Position numbers and translations under genes: made by a program
Sequence record: OP953026.1
Strand: one strand, 5' to 3'
Length of the DNA: 64,000 bases
In this document: positions 44,684 through 62,538 of the stretch, one piece after another
Numbering within the stretch: the first letter of the stretch is position 1
Layout: the number at the start of each line of letters is the position of its first letter
The notes under the pieces: generated by a model
Told to the model about the DNA's origin: nothing
Database searches by the model: none
Seen by the model: the letters and a program-made list of their open reading frames with translations, nothing else

Positions 44684-44712
44684 AAGCCCCTCTTCGGAGG
44701 GGCTTATTTATG
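44684..44712 (+). terminator. Intrinsic terminator
   Basis: AAGCCCCTC-TTCG-GAGGGGCTT-ATTTATG. Confidence 0.8.
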
Positions 44713-44757
44713 AGTAATGTATAGTTTAATCAAATATTGTAAAAAAGGAGTAATACA

Positions 44758-45390
44758 ATGCTAGCTAAAATGAATAAATTCTTTAAAGAATTACTAAACA
44801 AAAATACGGTGAATATGGCAGGACTATTCGATGATGTGGTATTGATGAATAGTTATAGTAACTATAAACCAGATTTTAATGACACTGTAGAAGTAAATAC
44901 AAAATGTGATCTACCGGCAAATGGTAAAGTTCTAGTTCTATATGTCGTTCAAGATACAATGGATATGTATATTTGGGATGGCCAACAATATCTTTCTTAT
45001 AATCCATATTCCACTGAGCAATTAGCACCAATGATTGATGACCCATCAGCATTTATTCCATCAACCAAAGCTAATACTTCTCTAAAAGTAACTTATGGTA
45101 TCTGGGCGCTTAAGAAAGATCTAGAAACTATCCAGAAGTATTCAATTGGAATGCACACTCTTCTTGATAAACATTCACTAGCACGAGTTAATGATAAGAA
45201 TCCTATTAATAAGGTATTCTTCGAAACATGTCATAAAGCCCTATATACTGCACTTCGTGAATCATACAAAAACAATATGGTTAAACCACAAATCGCAGAT
45301 GCAGTTACCAAGGAAGGATGTTGGTTTGGGCGAGATCATCGATCTAATAAACTGTCATTTAAATGCGGTGAATTTAAGGTTGAATGGTAA
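44758..45390 (+). CDS. Hypothetical protein (gp125-like)
   Basis: 210 aa; AAGGAG RBS. Confidence 0.7.
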   Translation: MLAKMNKFFKELLNKNTVNMAGLFDDVVLMNSYSNYKPDFNDTVEVNTKCDLPANGKVLVLYVVQDTMDMYIWDGQQYLSYNPYSTEQLAPMIDDPSAFIPSTKANTSLKVTYGIWALKKDLETIQKYSIGMHTLLDKHSLARVNDKNPINKVFFETCHKALYTALRESYKNNMVKPQIADAVTKEGCWFGRDHRSNKLSFKCGEFKVEW

Positions 45391-45404
45391 TAATTAAGTA
45401 ATGG

Positions 45405-45437
45405 CATAAACCCCTCTCCGCATGGAGAGGGGCTATG
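45405..45437. terminator. Bidirectional terminator at a convergent junction
   Basis: CATAAA-CCCCTCTCC-GCAT-GGAGAGGGG-CTATG. Confidence 0.8.
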
Positions 45438-45455
45438 TCTTTATTTTTTTTTTAT

Positions 45456-45899
45456 TTAACTACTTTCAAATTCAAGAGTTACTGGTATTGTTGGTATCCA
45501 CGACAAGTTATTAAAGTATGGATGTATCGTAACCGTATTCCCAGTAATAGGTTGCGGTTGTATCTCATCTATAATAAATGGAATACCGTAAACATCTCTT
45601 AATTTTTCAGCTACTTCTAAATTATCAGTATAGTCAGTTGGTTTACCCGGTACCTTTATGCCAAGACAGTACTCTGGTAAAGAGCGTCTATTAAAGTAAA
45701 TAACTGCCTCACCTTTAAAATAAAGTGAACTGGTCTTCGCTCTCATTGTTGTTTTGGCATTTGTACCAGTTGCTAAGAATGTATCGGTTCCTATGAATTC
45801 AACATCATCAACAGTTAAATCCCTAGGCCTACCATTATTATCTTTAGGTTTATTAGCCACATTCCAAGCAGCTACCAATTCAGCTCTTGTATCAGCCAT
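45456..45899 (-). CDS. Virion structural protein (gp126-like)
   Basis: 147 aa; GAGGTG RBS; Y.G...(I/V).F.R motif shared with the next gene. Confidence 0.65.
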   Translation of the reverse strand: MADTRAELVAAWNVANKPKDNNGRPRDLTVDDVEFIGTDTFLATGTNAKTTMRAKTSSLYFKGEAVIYFNRRSLPEYCLGIKVPGKPTDYTDNLEVAEKLRDVYGIPFIIDEIQPQPITGNTVTIHPYFNNLSWIPTIPVTLEFESS

Positions 45900-45907
45900 T
45901 ACACACC

Positions 45908-46783
<876 letters not shown>

Positions 46784-46790
46784 TCGCTCC

Positions 46791-48971
<2,181 letters not shown>

Positions 48972-48991
48972 TTACTCACTTTAAAATTTAG

Positions 48992-51685
<2,694 letters not shown>

Positions 51686-51696
51686 TTTCTAAACAA

Positions 51697-51728
51697 CATA
51701 ATGCCCTCCCGTAATGGGAGGGCTTATG
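51697..51728. terminator. Bidirectional terminator at a convergent junction
   Basis: CATAAT-GCCCTCCC-GTAAT-GGGAGGGC-TTATG. Confidence 0.85.
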
Positions 51729-51731
51729 ACG

Positions 51732-53015
<1,284 letters not shown>

Positions 53016-53112
53016 CTATTAGTCTCCATGGAATGATTGGACAATCCTATGTGAATTTCACATCATTACGCTAACAAATTGCGCAATAGCGTTTTATTAA
53101 AGGAGGGCAACC

Positions 53113-55428
53113 ATGGCCCACGGTGAAACTGGGTTATATCCATTCGACCCCAATGGAACAAATCCCCAGAACTTTATTAAAGGTGAGCGCCAAACTCTCC
53201 AGGTACCAGATGGTGATGATTATTATTTCATTATACCATTTGCTGCACCTTTCTTTGTAGATTCATTACGACTATTTAACCCACTGACCAATCAGACTTA
53301 TGTAGAAGGTGTTGATTACCTTATTGGGCATTGGTTTATTGAAGCTATGGAATCGATAGGTAGACCTATCGCTGGATCTATACGTATCATGAAGCGTTCG
53401 ATAAACGCTATGATTGGTATGGATTATCGTACAATAGGTGGGCAATGGGGATTTAGTAATCAACAGATCCTGGCTGAGCTTGCACGCAAACAGTATAACC
53501 CCTTGATTCGGTCATGGGGTGCAATTGGTCCATTACCTGCTTCTTTCCCACCTTTAGAACACAATCAACCTATTGATTCATTAGTAGGTAGTAAAGAGAT
53601 TCTTGAAGGTATCGAAGGTATTATAGAAGCTATCCGTGCTGCGGCTGCCGGTACAACTGACCAACATATTCGTGATTATAACAACCCACACAGGGTAACT
53701 AAAGCACAAGTTGGCTTAGCACTAGTTCCAAACTATGCGATGGCAACTGATCAACAGCATTTAGATGCTAATCGTAATGATCTATTTACGAACCCACGTG
53801 GTACATTAGCATTAGTTAATAAGTTTGCCGTAAATCCGCTTAATGCTCACATAGCGGCTAGGGGTAACGTACACGATCTAACAGCTGCTGATATTAATTT
53901 AGGTAATGTTCCTAACTATCCAGCTGCAACACCAACCACTGCGGTAGATGTAACTAATGATTCGGTATTATTAACACCTTATACTGCATCTATTCTCTAT
54001 AGTCGGATTGGCGATGCTTCTAGAATTAATGAGCTAGAAGAGAAACTTAATCAACATATTAGTAATGAAAATAACCCACACGTTGTAACTGCCGACCAGG
54101 TTAATGCATATACTAAAACACAAGTTGATCAACTACTGGCAGGACTAGGTGGTGGCGATGCTTCTACCTTTGGTGGATTAACACCTGAGCAATGGAAAGA
54201 TGAATTCCCATCATTCGGTGATATTGAAAGGATGGCAGCCGGCTATAACGCTAACTGGGATGATGCACAATTAAAGATAGATACATTGCCAGTTATTGTA
54301 GATGATACCAGTGAATATGACCGAATGGAATTAATTCAAGGTGTCATGGCAGGTTTCCATGCTTATGCTGGATTTAATAGTTGGTGGGATTGTACAATTG
54401 TCAGAGATGACCATATAGTTCATCCTAAATCGCCAGCTAACCCTTATGTAGTTATGCCAGAGCGCTTAGGCTATGCTCAGGAATCTTGGGTATCTCACCG
54501 ATATGGTCAGTATTGGGTAGAAAATGGTGTAGCCAAGTCAGCATGTATCGATGAAACTAAAGTCGATGAGATGATACCAATTCCAGTAGAATGGACTGCA
54601 CCTATAGATGGGAATATCCCTTCAAGTATCTGGGCAAATAAAACATCTCTGTATATGTTAACAGGTAAGTTTATCTTTAGTTCAACAGGTGAATCAGCTA
54701 TCTTTGAGCACCAAGATCTTTATCGCTGTGTTAAAGGTGGTACATCTGAACTATTAGTACCTGCTGCTAATAAACCATGGGCTTTATTTACCAATACTGA
54801 AGATACCTATCCTGGTGAAATGACAGTTGTTGTAAACATAGGTCCAGCTAGCAGTGCTGACTATGTATATACAGCTTATGGTATCCCAAGCTTCGTTAGT
54901 GCTTTTAATGATTTTGTTAACAACACAATTAAACCATTGAATCATGTTATTGATTCAATGTCAATTGGTTGCACCCACATCATCATACATTCAATAGACC
55001 CATTAGTTGCCTCTGAAGATTACACATCTGAATCTAGTAAAGTACATGTCATGGAAATCATCCGCAATGGTAATGATACATCCTTTACGGTTATCTCGCC
55101 ATTATGGTTCGATGGACGTGGTAACGATGTAACTGCTAATGTATATAGTAACCCAATTGGTGGTGTATCAGGATTATATACACATTACACTGTGATGTAT
55201 GGTGATGGCCAAATCGCTTTCTTCGGAAATAACGATAATGGACAATGTGACGTGGATGATCATGCTGGACCGTATATTCAATTGGCAGCAGGGCATAATT
55301 TCACTGTGACAGTAAATACTTTGAATCAAGTCATGTTTTGGGGAGATTCACCTGATAACTCCTTATTATGGAATGGCAGGGGTACACGTGTGAAACATAT
55401 TGAACCAACTCCACCCACTGGTCCATAA
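53113..55428 (+). CDS. Tail fibre/baseplate receptor-binding protein (gp131-like)
   Basis: 771 aa; H...NPH.VT..QV.L..V.N phage-tail repeats; C-terminal beta-propeller/RCC1-like blades (GNNDNGQC, QLAAGHNFT). Confidence 0.8.
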   Translation: MAHGETGLYPFDPNGTNPQNFIKGERQTLQVPDGDDYYFIIPFAAPFFVDSLRLFNPLTNQTYVEGVDYLIGHWFIEAMESIGRPIAGSIRIMKRSINAMIGMDYRTIGGQWGFSNQQILAELARKQYNPLIRSWGAIGPLPASFPPLEHNQPIDSLVGSKEILEGIEGIIEAIRAAAAGTTDQHIRDYNNPHRVTKAQVGLALVPNYAMATDQQHLDANRNDLFTNPRGTLALVNKFAVNPLNAHIAARGNVHDLTAADINLGNVPNYPAATPTTAVDVTNDSVLLTPYTASILYSRIGDASRINELEEKLNQHISNENNPHVVTADQVNAYTKTQVDQLLAGLGGGDASTFGGLTPEQWKDEFPSFGDIERMAAGYNANWDDAQLKIDTLPVIVDDTSEYDRMELIQGVMAGFHAYAGFNSWWDCTIVRDDHIVHPKSPANPYVVMPERLGYAQESWVSHRYGQYWVENGVAKSACIDETKVDEMIPIPVEWTAPIDGNIPSSIWANKTSLYMLTGKFIFSSTGESAIFEHQDLYRCVKGGTSELLVPAANKPWALFTNTEDTYPGEMTVVVNIGPASSADYVYTAYGIPSFVSAFNDFVNNTIKPLNHVIDSMSIGCTHIIIHSIDPLVASEDYTSESSKVHVMEIIRNGNDTSFTVISPLWFDGRGNDVTANVYSNPIGGVSGLYTHYTVMYGDGQIAFFGNNDNGQCDVDDHAGPYIQLAAGHNFTVTVNTLNQVMFWGDSPDNSLLWNGRGTRVKHIEPTPPTGP

Positions 55429-55440
55429 GAGGATTTAAAA

Positions 55441-55773
55441 ATGGCAGAAGTTACACGTCAAGAGATGGATGCTCAAATAAATGCTTCTATTAGTAATCAA
55501 GGCTTATTTACTAAGGCGGTCCTTAATAAATTCATAGCCGTTATCAATAGGATCAATGGGCATATTGCAGCTAGAGGTAACCCGCATAATCTGCAACCAT
55601 CTGATATTGGTCTTGGTAATGTGGCTAACTATCGTCCAGCTACTAAGAAGCGTGCACAAGAAGGTTTCAATAACACTACGTACATGACTCCTAAACGGAC
55701 AGATGATTATAATCGAGTGCACATATACGGTCCACTTGCGAAATTATTTAATGACGCAGCAGACCGTCTATAA
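55441..55773 (+). CDS. Short tail-repeat protein (gp132-like)
   Basis: 110 aa; one HIAARGNPHNLQPSDIGLGNVAN repeat. Confidence 0.75.
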   Translation: MAEVTRQEMDAQINASISNQGLFTKAVLNKFIAVINRINGHIAARGNPHNLQPSDIGLGNVANYRPATKKRAQEGFNNTTYMTPKRTDDYNRVHIYGPLAKLFNDAADRL

Positions 55774-55786
55774 ACATCTGACCCGG

Positions 55787-55821
55787 CATAAGAGACACAG
55801 CTTTTGGCTGTGTCTCTTTTT
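55787..55821 (+). terminator. Intrinsic terminator
   Basis: CATA-AGAGACACAGC-TTTTG-GCTGTGTCTCT-TTTT. Confidence 0.85.
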
Positions 55822-55847
55822 GCTGTTTCAGTTAAAAGGTATTTCTT

Positions 55848-57236
55848 ATGTATAATCCTATTTTACAATTACCATTTGATCCATTAGGTACAAATCCAGA
55901 TTGTTTCATTGGTAGTGAACCACATACTCTAGTTCAGTATCAAGGGTTCGACTATAGAATCATCAAATTATATCATGGTGGATTCTATACAAAAGGGTTA
56001 GAAGTTTATGATGGTAAATATAATCGTTTAGTTAAAGATATCGATTACATTGTTACTTATTATCATAAAGATGCTAGTGCATATGTTGGTCAAGAAATAT
56101 GCTCAGCAATTGTTTTCTTAAAAACACCTAGTACACCAATAGTGTATACTTCAGCTCACATGGTTGGTGGTGACCTAGCTTTTAGTTTCACAGTTATTGA
56201 TGATTATATTAACTGGTGGAAAACAAATGGTAAACCAAAGCCAAAAGACCTTGACTACACTGGTAATGAACCATACTGGAAAGATGGTGAGTTAGTTGGT
56301 GAACGATGGCATCTTGATACATATCAGCCTTACAATAATGAGATGGAGTGGATAACACAAGCACTCATGGCTGGCGATACAAATGGTGAAGATGAATATC
56401 GTAGTAAAGTTAAAGAGATCTATGATGAATTCTTAAAGAAATTTAATGATAGGCTAGAAAAACATATTCAAGATAAAGCCAATCCGCACAAGATCACTCC
56501 AACTAATGTAGAACTAGGTTTAGTTAATAACTTCCCATTGGCTACTCCAGCCATTGCTCAGCTAGGTCAATCTAATGCGCATTATCTGACACCACAATTA
56601 GCATATGGTGTATTAGATGAAATAGCTATAAAACCACTCAATGCTCACATAGCTCGTCGAGATAATCCACATAAAGTCAAAAATACACATGTACAGTCAT
56701 ATTTGAAAAGTGATTTCGATACACGGGTCACTGGTAAGTATTTAAAGACTGATACGGTGGCTAATACCAATATGGTTTATTATAAACCTAAAGGGCAACC
56801 TACTGCTACTTTAATGGGTTATAGCGATCTTATTTGGTGGATGCGCAAGAACTTTGATACCGATGTGAACTTTACAGCTGGTGATGGCCAGAGTAATGTC
56901 ATCAATATAAATCGGATTGGTTCTGGTACAATGGGGCAATGGAAAGCACCGCTCCGTGGGAATGGTATATTTACACATTTTGATCAATTAGCCACAGAGT
57001 ATTCATTTCCGGTTAAGTTAAAGTTTTATGCACTAGGATTACAACCATCCGTGCAGGCAGCATTAGATTTCTGTAGAACTAACTTTACTAATCTAGATAC
57101 ATGGCCTATTGGATCTACTGTATTCTTTACTATTAAAGAACAGAAAATCCAGGCAGCTGGTAACGGATTGATTTTCGTTGATTATACTCCTAACTACGTG
57201 TGTTTCCGTTCACAAGGTGGCTGGGTAATTCCATAA
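55848..57236 (+). CDS. Tail fibre paralog (gp133-like)
   Basis: 462 aa; LPFDPLG N-domain plus two NPH repeats. Confidence 0.8.
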   Translation: MYNPILQLPFDPLGTNPDCFIGSEPHTLVQYQGFDYRIIKLYHGGFYTKGLEVYDGKYNRLVKDIDYIVTYYHKDASAYVGQEICSAIVFLKTPSTPIVYTSAHMVGGDLAFSFTVIDDYINWWKTNGKPKPKDLDYTGNEPYWKDGELVGERWHLDTYQPYNNEMEWITQALMAGDTNGEDEYRSKVKEIYDEFLKKFNDRLEKHIQDKANPHKITPTNVELGLVNNFPLATPAIAQLGQSNAHYLTPQLAYGVLDEIAIKPLNAHIARRDNPHKVKNTHVQSYLKSDFDTRVTGKYLKTDTVANTNMVYYKPKGQPTATLMGYSDLIWWMRKNFDTDVNFTAGDGQSNVININRIGSGTMGQWKAPLRGNGIFTHFDQLATEYSFPVKLKFYALGLQPSVQAALDFCRTNFTNLDTWPIGSTVFFTIKEQKIQAAGNGLIFVDYTPNYVCFRSQGGWVIP

Positions 57237-57247
57237 GGATAGTTTAG

Positions 57248-58621
57248 ATGAATCCATTACTTTTACCTCTTCCATTTGATGAAACTGGAGAGAGTTATAG
57301 TAACCGAACAAAGGGTGAATACCATTCACTAGCAAAACAGAAAGGATTCCCCTATCGCATCATCGTGATGGATAAGGGTTACTTTTATACTAAAGGAATG
57401 GTTATCAGAGATGGTAGGCAAAATGAGTTAAATCCAGAGATGGATTATCAGTGCACTGGTATTAATCCGGAGGTAATCGAGAAGACTGGACTTGAAGCTT
57501 GTTCAGTAATTGTCATTACAAAACAAGATGTCCACGAGGATATTTACATTGATGCTCAGATGTGCGGTGGTATATACTGTAACCTTGCGCCTTCCATTTC
57601 TGAACATGCTAATGCTCTTTTAAATAATACCCGTAAACCACATTGGTCTAATATCTTAGATATTCCTGACCAATTCAAACCTAATGGACATATGCATGCC
57701 TATTGGGAACTTTATGGTTTTACACCTAGAGTTGTTAAGTTAAAAGAAATAACTGACTTATTAAAGAAAAGCTCATCTGACTCATATGGCTCCATTTTAG
57801 ATGAGTTTAAATATCAATTAAGTCTAATAGAAGCTGATCTGAATACAATTGAAGCACGGCTTACTACACACATCAATGATACCACCACCAACCCACACCA
57901 AACACGTAAAGGGCAGGTGGCATTAGGTAATGTTTATAACGCTGGTATTGCAACTGAAACACAAGCCAAACAACCAAATGGCGCTATCATGAATGTCTAT
58001 GCTACGCCATGGTCAATGAAGTTATCTGTTGATACCAATTATACAGTACAGTATTTAGCCCACGTTAACGATATTACCACTAACCCACACAGGGTAACAG
58101 CTGAACAACTAAATACATATACTGTTACCCAAGCTAATATTTTACTAAATCAAAAATTAGATAAAGGTAAAACAGCTAATACATCTAAACTATTATTTGG
58201 TCAAGATGTTTATAGCATGGGTGAAACGGTACGTGCTAAAATGCCTTTAAGTGTATTGACGACTGGTCGGCTAGCACCTGGCCGGATCGGTAACTCAGCG
58301 ACTTGGCCAGGTCGTGATTGGACATTAATGCCTAATGGCCAATGGACACACTTTGGATTTATATTCAATCGCTTCCAGAAAACAGGGACGATGGTTCACT
58401 GGAACAATACTAACTTCAAGTCTATCCAAGAAGCAATTGCTTTCCATAACACATACTTCTCAGATCCTGACCAATGGTGGCCTGGTTCACTAGCTATCTG
58501 CCATTACGAGCAAGAGTTCGTTATTGGGCATGGTAATGGTACAACAGCTACTTCCTATAGGAATACTTTATTCTTACGTAAAGTGGGATCAACGTGGACC
58601 AATATAGGGGAACCGGCATAA
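57248..58621 (+). CDS. Tail fibre paralog (gp134-like)
   Basis: 457 aa; LPFDETG N-domain plus two NPH repeats. Confidence 0.8.
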   Translation: MNPLLLPLPFDETGESYSNRTKGEYHSLAKQKGFPYRIIVMDKGYFYTKGMVIRDGRQNELNPEMDYQCTGINPEVIEKTGLEACSVIVITKQDVHEDIYIDAQMCGGIYCNLAPSISEHANALLNNTRKPHWSNILDIPDQFKPNGHMHAYWELYGFTPRVVKLKEITDLLKKSSSDSYGSILDEFKYQLSLIEADLNTIEARLTTHINDTTTNPHQTRKGQVALGNVYNAGIATETQAKQPNGAIMNVYATPWSMKLSVDTNYTVQYLAHVNDITTNPHRVTAEQLNTYTVTQANILLNQKLDKGKTANTSKLLFGQDVYSMGETVRAKMPLSVLTTGRLAPGRIGNSATWPGRDWTLMPNGQWTHFGFIFNRFQKTGTMVHWNNTNFKSIQEAIAFHNTYFSDPDQWWPGSLAICHYEQEFVIGHGNGTTATSYRNTLFLRKVGSTWTNIGEPA

Positions 58622-60012
58622 TGATTACTTTTTTACCATTAGATCTAAAAGCTAAATTGGCTTCTAATTACATTGTAGATGAGGAACACACACTCATTCA
58701 AGTTGCTAATAAAACACACCGTGTACTGATGTGTACACATGGTGGTTTCTATACAAAGGACTTTAATCTACGTGATAAGAAGACTGGTTTATCTTTAAAC
58801 AAAGATCAATATAAAACAACCTACCTTTATTCACAGTTATCTGAAATGACTGGTTTAGAAGTAATGGGTATTGTTGTAGTAACTGATCCTAAAGTTAGTC
58901 CTAATGTCCAAGTTACATATAGAGCAGTTGGTGGTTTCTTTAGTATTTCAGCATTAGAACTTAAAGCTGTTTTTGATAAACTTGAATTAGATGAATTAAG
59001 TTTCACCTGGGATGATATTATTGGTAAACCCGATGCATATCCACCTGCACCTCATGGCCATGAATATTGGCAGATTTATGGCACAGATACAATGGTAACC
59101 GAATTAAACCGAATAGCACATGCTTATCGGGTCGGTAGAAGTGCTATGGATAATGCTGCTGATGATTATTATAAAGTTTATCTTGCTGATGCAAAAACTG
59201 CTGTAGATGATTATAGAGATCGGGTTACAGCACACTTAACTGATTATAATAATCCACATGCCGATGATCGGTTCAAGTTAATTCCACCGCTTGATAAGAT
59301 ATCTAACTGGGGTTTTGCTACTGAAGCTGAGTCAGTTAATAGAAATATAAATAATAAATACATGCCAATTGGTGGTATTTATCGTATTCTTAATATTGAT
59401 ACATTGGCTAAACTTGCATCACATATTAAAAACTTTAATAACCCACATGTTGTCACAGCTGACCAAGTTGGATCATATACCAAACCAGTAATGGATTCTA
59501 AAATATCTCCATTGTTAGGTATCAATGAACAAGCAGCTAATGCAACTACTATTGGTGCTACTACCAATAGTCAGGGTTATCCAGTTGCTGGAACAGGTAA
59601 GGTATATCAGAATTTCTGGAATGATGTTCGAAAAGATATTCCAGCTGAAGAGGTAACTAGCGGTGTATTTAAATGGGGTGCATTAGGTAAAGGTAATGCA
59701 TCAATATTAAATGATCCTGAAAGATATTATCTCGCAAGCGATGGTACTTGGCAAGACTGGGTTGAAGCTTTTAAAGAGTGGAACAAAGATAAGATTAAAG
59801 CTATTACCTTAGGCCAGGTAAATAGTGAAGCAGAAGCATTAAACACGTTAAATACGATGTTTACCGATAATACCAAATATCCTGAAGGCACTTACGCTGT
59901 TGTAGGTGTTAGAACCAATACCCCCTTTGAAGCCTATTATTACCAGCAATATGTAGCAATTAGAAATAATGGTACATGGCGTTGGATGATTCGAGCTGGA
60001 GCACTTGTATAA
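58621..60012 (+). CDS. Tail fibre paralog (gp135-like)
   Basis: ATG 58621 via TAATG overlap; same architecture as the two previous genes. Confidence 0.8.
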   Translation: MITFLPLDLKAKLASNYIVDEEHTLIQVANKTHRVLMCTHGGFYTKDFNLRDKKTGLSLNKDQYKTTYLYSQLSEMTGLEVMGIVVVTDPKVSPNVQVTYRAVGGFFSISALELKAVFDKLELDELSFTWDDIIGKPDAYPPAPHGHEYWQIYGTDTMVTELNRIAHAYRVGRSAMDNAADDYYKVYLADAKTAVDDYRDRVTAHLTDYNNPHADDRFKLIPPLDKISNWGFATEAESVNRNINNKYMPIGGIYRILNIDTLAKLASHIKNFNNPHVVTADQVGSYTKPVMDSKISPLLGINEQAANATTIGATTNSQGYPVAGTGKVYQNFWNDVRKDIPAEEVTSGVFKWGALGKGNASILNDPERYYLASDGTWQDWVEAFKEWNKDKIKAITLGQVNSEAEALNTLNTMFTDNTKYPEGTYAVVGVRTNTPFEAYYYQQYVAIRNNGTWRWMIRAGALV

Positions 60013-60614
60013 TGAACAATCCGTTATCACTCCAAGAACTATCTTTAGCTACTGCACCTACTGAAGATAAAGTAAAAGTACTATTAATGTTTAACCGTAC
60101 ATCTGAGGTATTCCTACAAAGCGTGGGTTATCTACCTTTAGATGCATTTGATGCTAAGTCACGTGAGCACACTATTTTTGTTGAAGCAGAAATGGGTACT
60201 TATGATGTGGTCGTAAGTAATACACCTGGTAAACAACCTACACTTTCTGATTGGAAGATTGTTCCTAAAGAAGAAGCACCACAAGTGATTACTGAAGATC
60301 ACTTAAATAGTAAAGTAGCTTACAAAATTACTGAACGCTATCCAGTGACTGAGCAAATCAATATCCTTGCACGTGCAATTAAAAAGCTAGCTGAAAAATA
60401 TGGTCAAGAGTTAGATGAACTAGAAGAAATGCTTGATTATATTGATCTTGTTAAACGAACTAATCGTGCGCATAAGGAGGCCCTAATTGAGAGCCCAGAC
60501 GTTATCTATAAATCCAGGGAAGATCTCGACGCTGAGAAAGCACATCGATATGCAGGTGGCCTGCATGAGCTTATCGGCCCACGAAAGATCGACCAAGGAC
60601 GTGTTTTCAGCTGA
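60012..60614 (+). CDS. Hypothetical protein, possible tail-fibre assembly factor (gp136-like)
   Basis: TAATG-coupled to the last fibre gene. Confidence 0.6.
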   Translation: MNNPLSLQELSLATAPTEDKVKVLLMFNRTSEVFLQSVGYLPLDAFDAKSREHTIFVEAEMGTYDVVVSNTPGKQPTLSDWKIVPKEEAPQVITEDHLNSKVAYKITERYPVTEQINILARAIKKLAEKYGQELDELEEMLDYIDLVKRTNRAHKEALIESPDVIYKSREDLDAEKAHRYAGGLHELIGPRKIDQGRVFS

Positions 60615-61047
60615 ATTTGCAGCTGACCTTGTATCTTATCTGGATACACTGGAAGATTCCTGGTGGTTTAATCGGAAAAAAATTAATAGTATCCCAACCA
60701 AAGGTATCACTGAATGTGATTATTGGTTTTTAGGTCATAACCAAATGCCAGTAGAATTACGGGAATTACTATTTCATATTGCACCTAAGGTAGAAGGTGC
60801 TTGGTTAGGCGAAGTACTAATCAATCGATATGAAATTGGTACAGGTATGCCTGAGCACATCGACCAAGCTGTTTATCGTTACAACATGGTTATTGCATTA
60901 AATGACAATGGCGATGGTATAACGATCAATGGTGAGTTTTATCAGGATGTACCAGGTAGGGCTACTATTTTTCCAATCCGTTCAGAGCCACATGAGGTCC
61001 CTCCAGTTAAAAATAAAAGATACGTCCTTATATATCTCTACGAGTAG
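60565..61047 (+). CDS. 2OG-Fe(II) dioxygenase-like protein
   Basis: INRYEIGTGMPEHID (HxD), PHEV (distal His) and KRY (2OG-binding Arg); start at 60565 chosen for its AGGTGG RBS. Confidence 0.7.
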   Translation: MSLSAHERSTKDVFSAEFAADLVSYLDTLEDSWWFNRKKINSIPTKGITECDYWFLGHNQMPVELRELLFHIAPKVEGAWLGEVLINRYEIGTGMPEHIDQAVYRYNMVIALNDNGDGITINGEFYQDVPGRATIFPIRSEPHEVPPVKNKRYVLIYLYE

Positions 61048-61055
61048 GGTACAAC

Positions 61056-61544
61056 ATGGCAATTAAACTTAAGACTCTATCTAAGACAGAACTAAAAACA
61101 TTAACAAAGCTTAAAGGTGAAGTTTCATTTAGAGACTCATATGGCCACCGTATGCGAGTTGGCACTAATGGCCTTAAAGCATGTAGTGTTTATAATACTT
61201 CAAAATGGTTTAATTGGACTGCTAAACAGCGTAAAGAAATTAAACCAATTTTAGGCGAAGAACTATTTAACAAAGCATTACAAGTATGGTTTTTAGATTT
61301 CCCCAAAATAGATGGATTTCTAGATGAGATGAATTATTGGGTAGATAAACCCGAGTCCGGTACTATTCTTGCTTGGAATATTGGACCTGATGCTAAGTTC
61401 ATTTTAGATGGCGAAGAACTATTAATTGGAAAAGGTGAAGGATTAGTATTTCATCTATCCCAATTACATGAAGTAAAACGTTCCCATAATGGACAATCAT
61501 GGATCTGTGTAATGGTACGTGGTGCTCCTGAAAAATTTGCTTAA
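61056..61544 (+). CDS. Degenerate double-stranded beta-helix/2OG oxygenase-like protein
   Basis: LHEV aligned to PHEV of the upstream gene; the HxD position reads DEM/NYW (His lost). Confidence 0.45.
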   Translation: MAIKLKTLSKTELKTLTKLKGEVSFRDSYGHRMRVGTNGLKACSVYNTSKWFNWTAKQRKEIKPILGEELFNKALQVWFLDFPKIDGFLDEMNYWVDKPESGTILAWNIGPDAKFILDGEELLIGKGEGLVFHLSQLHEVKRSHNGQSWICVMVRGAPEKFA

Positions 61545-61547
61545 CAG

Positions 61548-61573
61548 CATAAATCCCCTCCACATGGAGGGGA
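61548..61573 (+). terminator. Probable terminator
   Basis: CATAAA-TCCCCTCC-ACAT-GGAGGGGA. Confidence 0.7.
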
Positions 61574-61609
61574 ACTCTTACAAATTTACTCAATAGTACA
61601 GTGTACTAA

Positions 61610-62536
<927 letters not shown>

Positions 62537-62538
62537 AT

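Noticed and set aside
53050-53062. TGTGA...TCACA resembling a CRP/Vfr site
   Set aside because: Spacer is 3 nt, not the required 6; kept only as a generic palindrome.
59976-60564. Upstream ORF-track starts (59976, 60487; also 58594, 63404, 28119, 30738, 31721, 25595)
   Set aside because: Downstream ATGs with RBSs or TAATG coupling are better supported; the longer calls create implausible overlaps.
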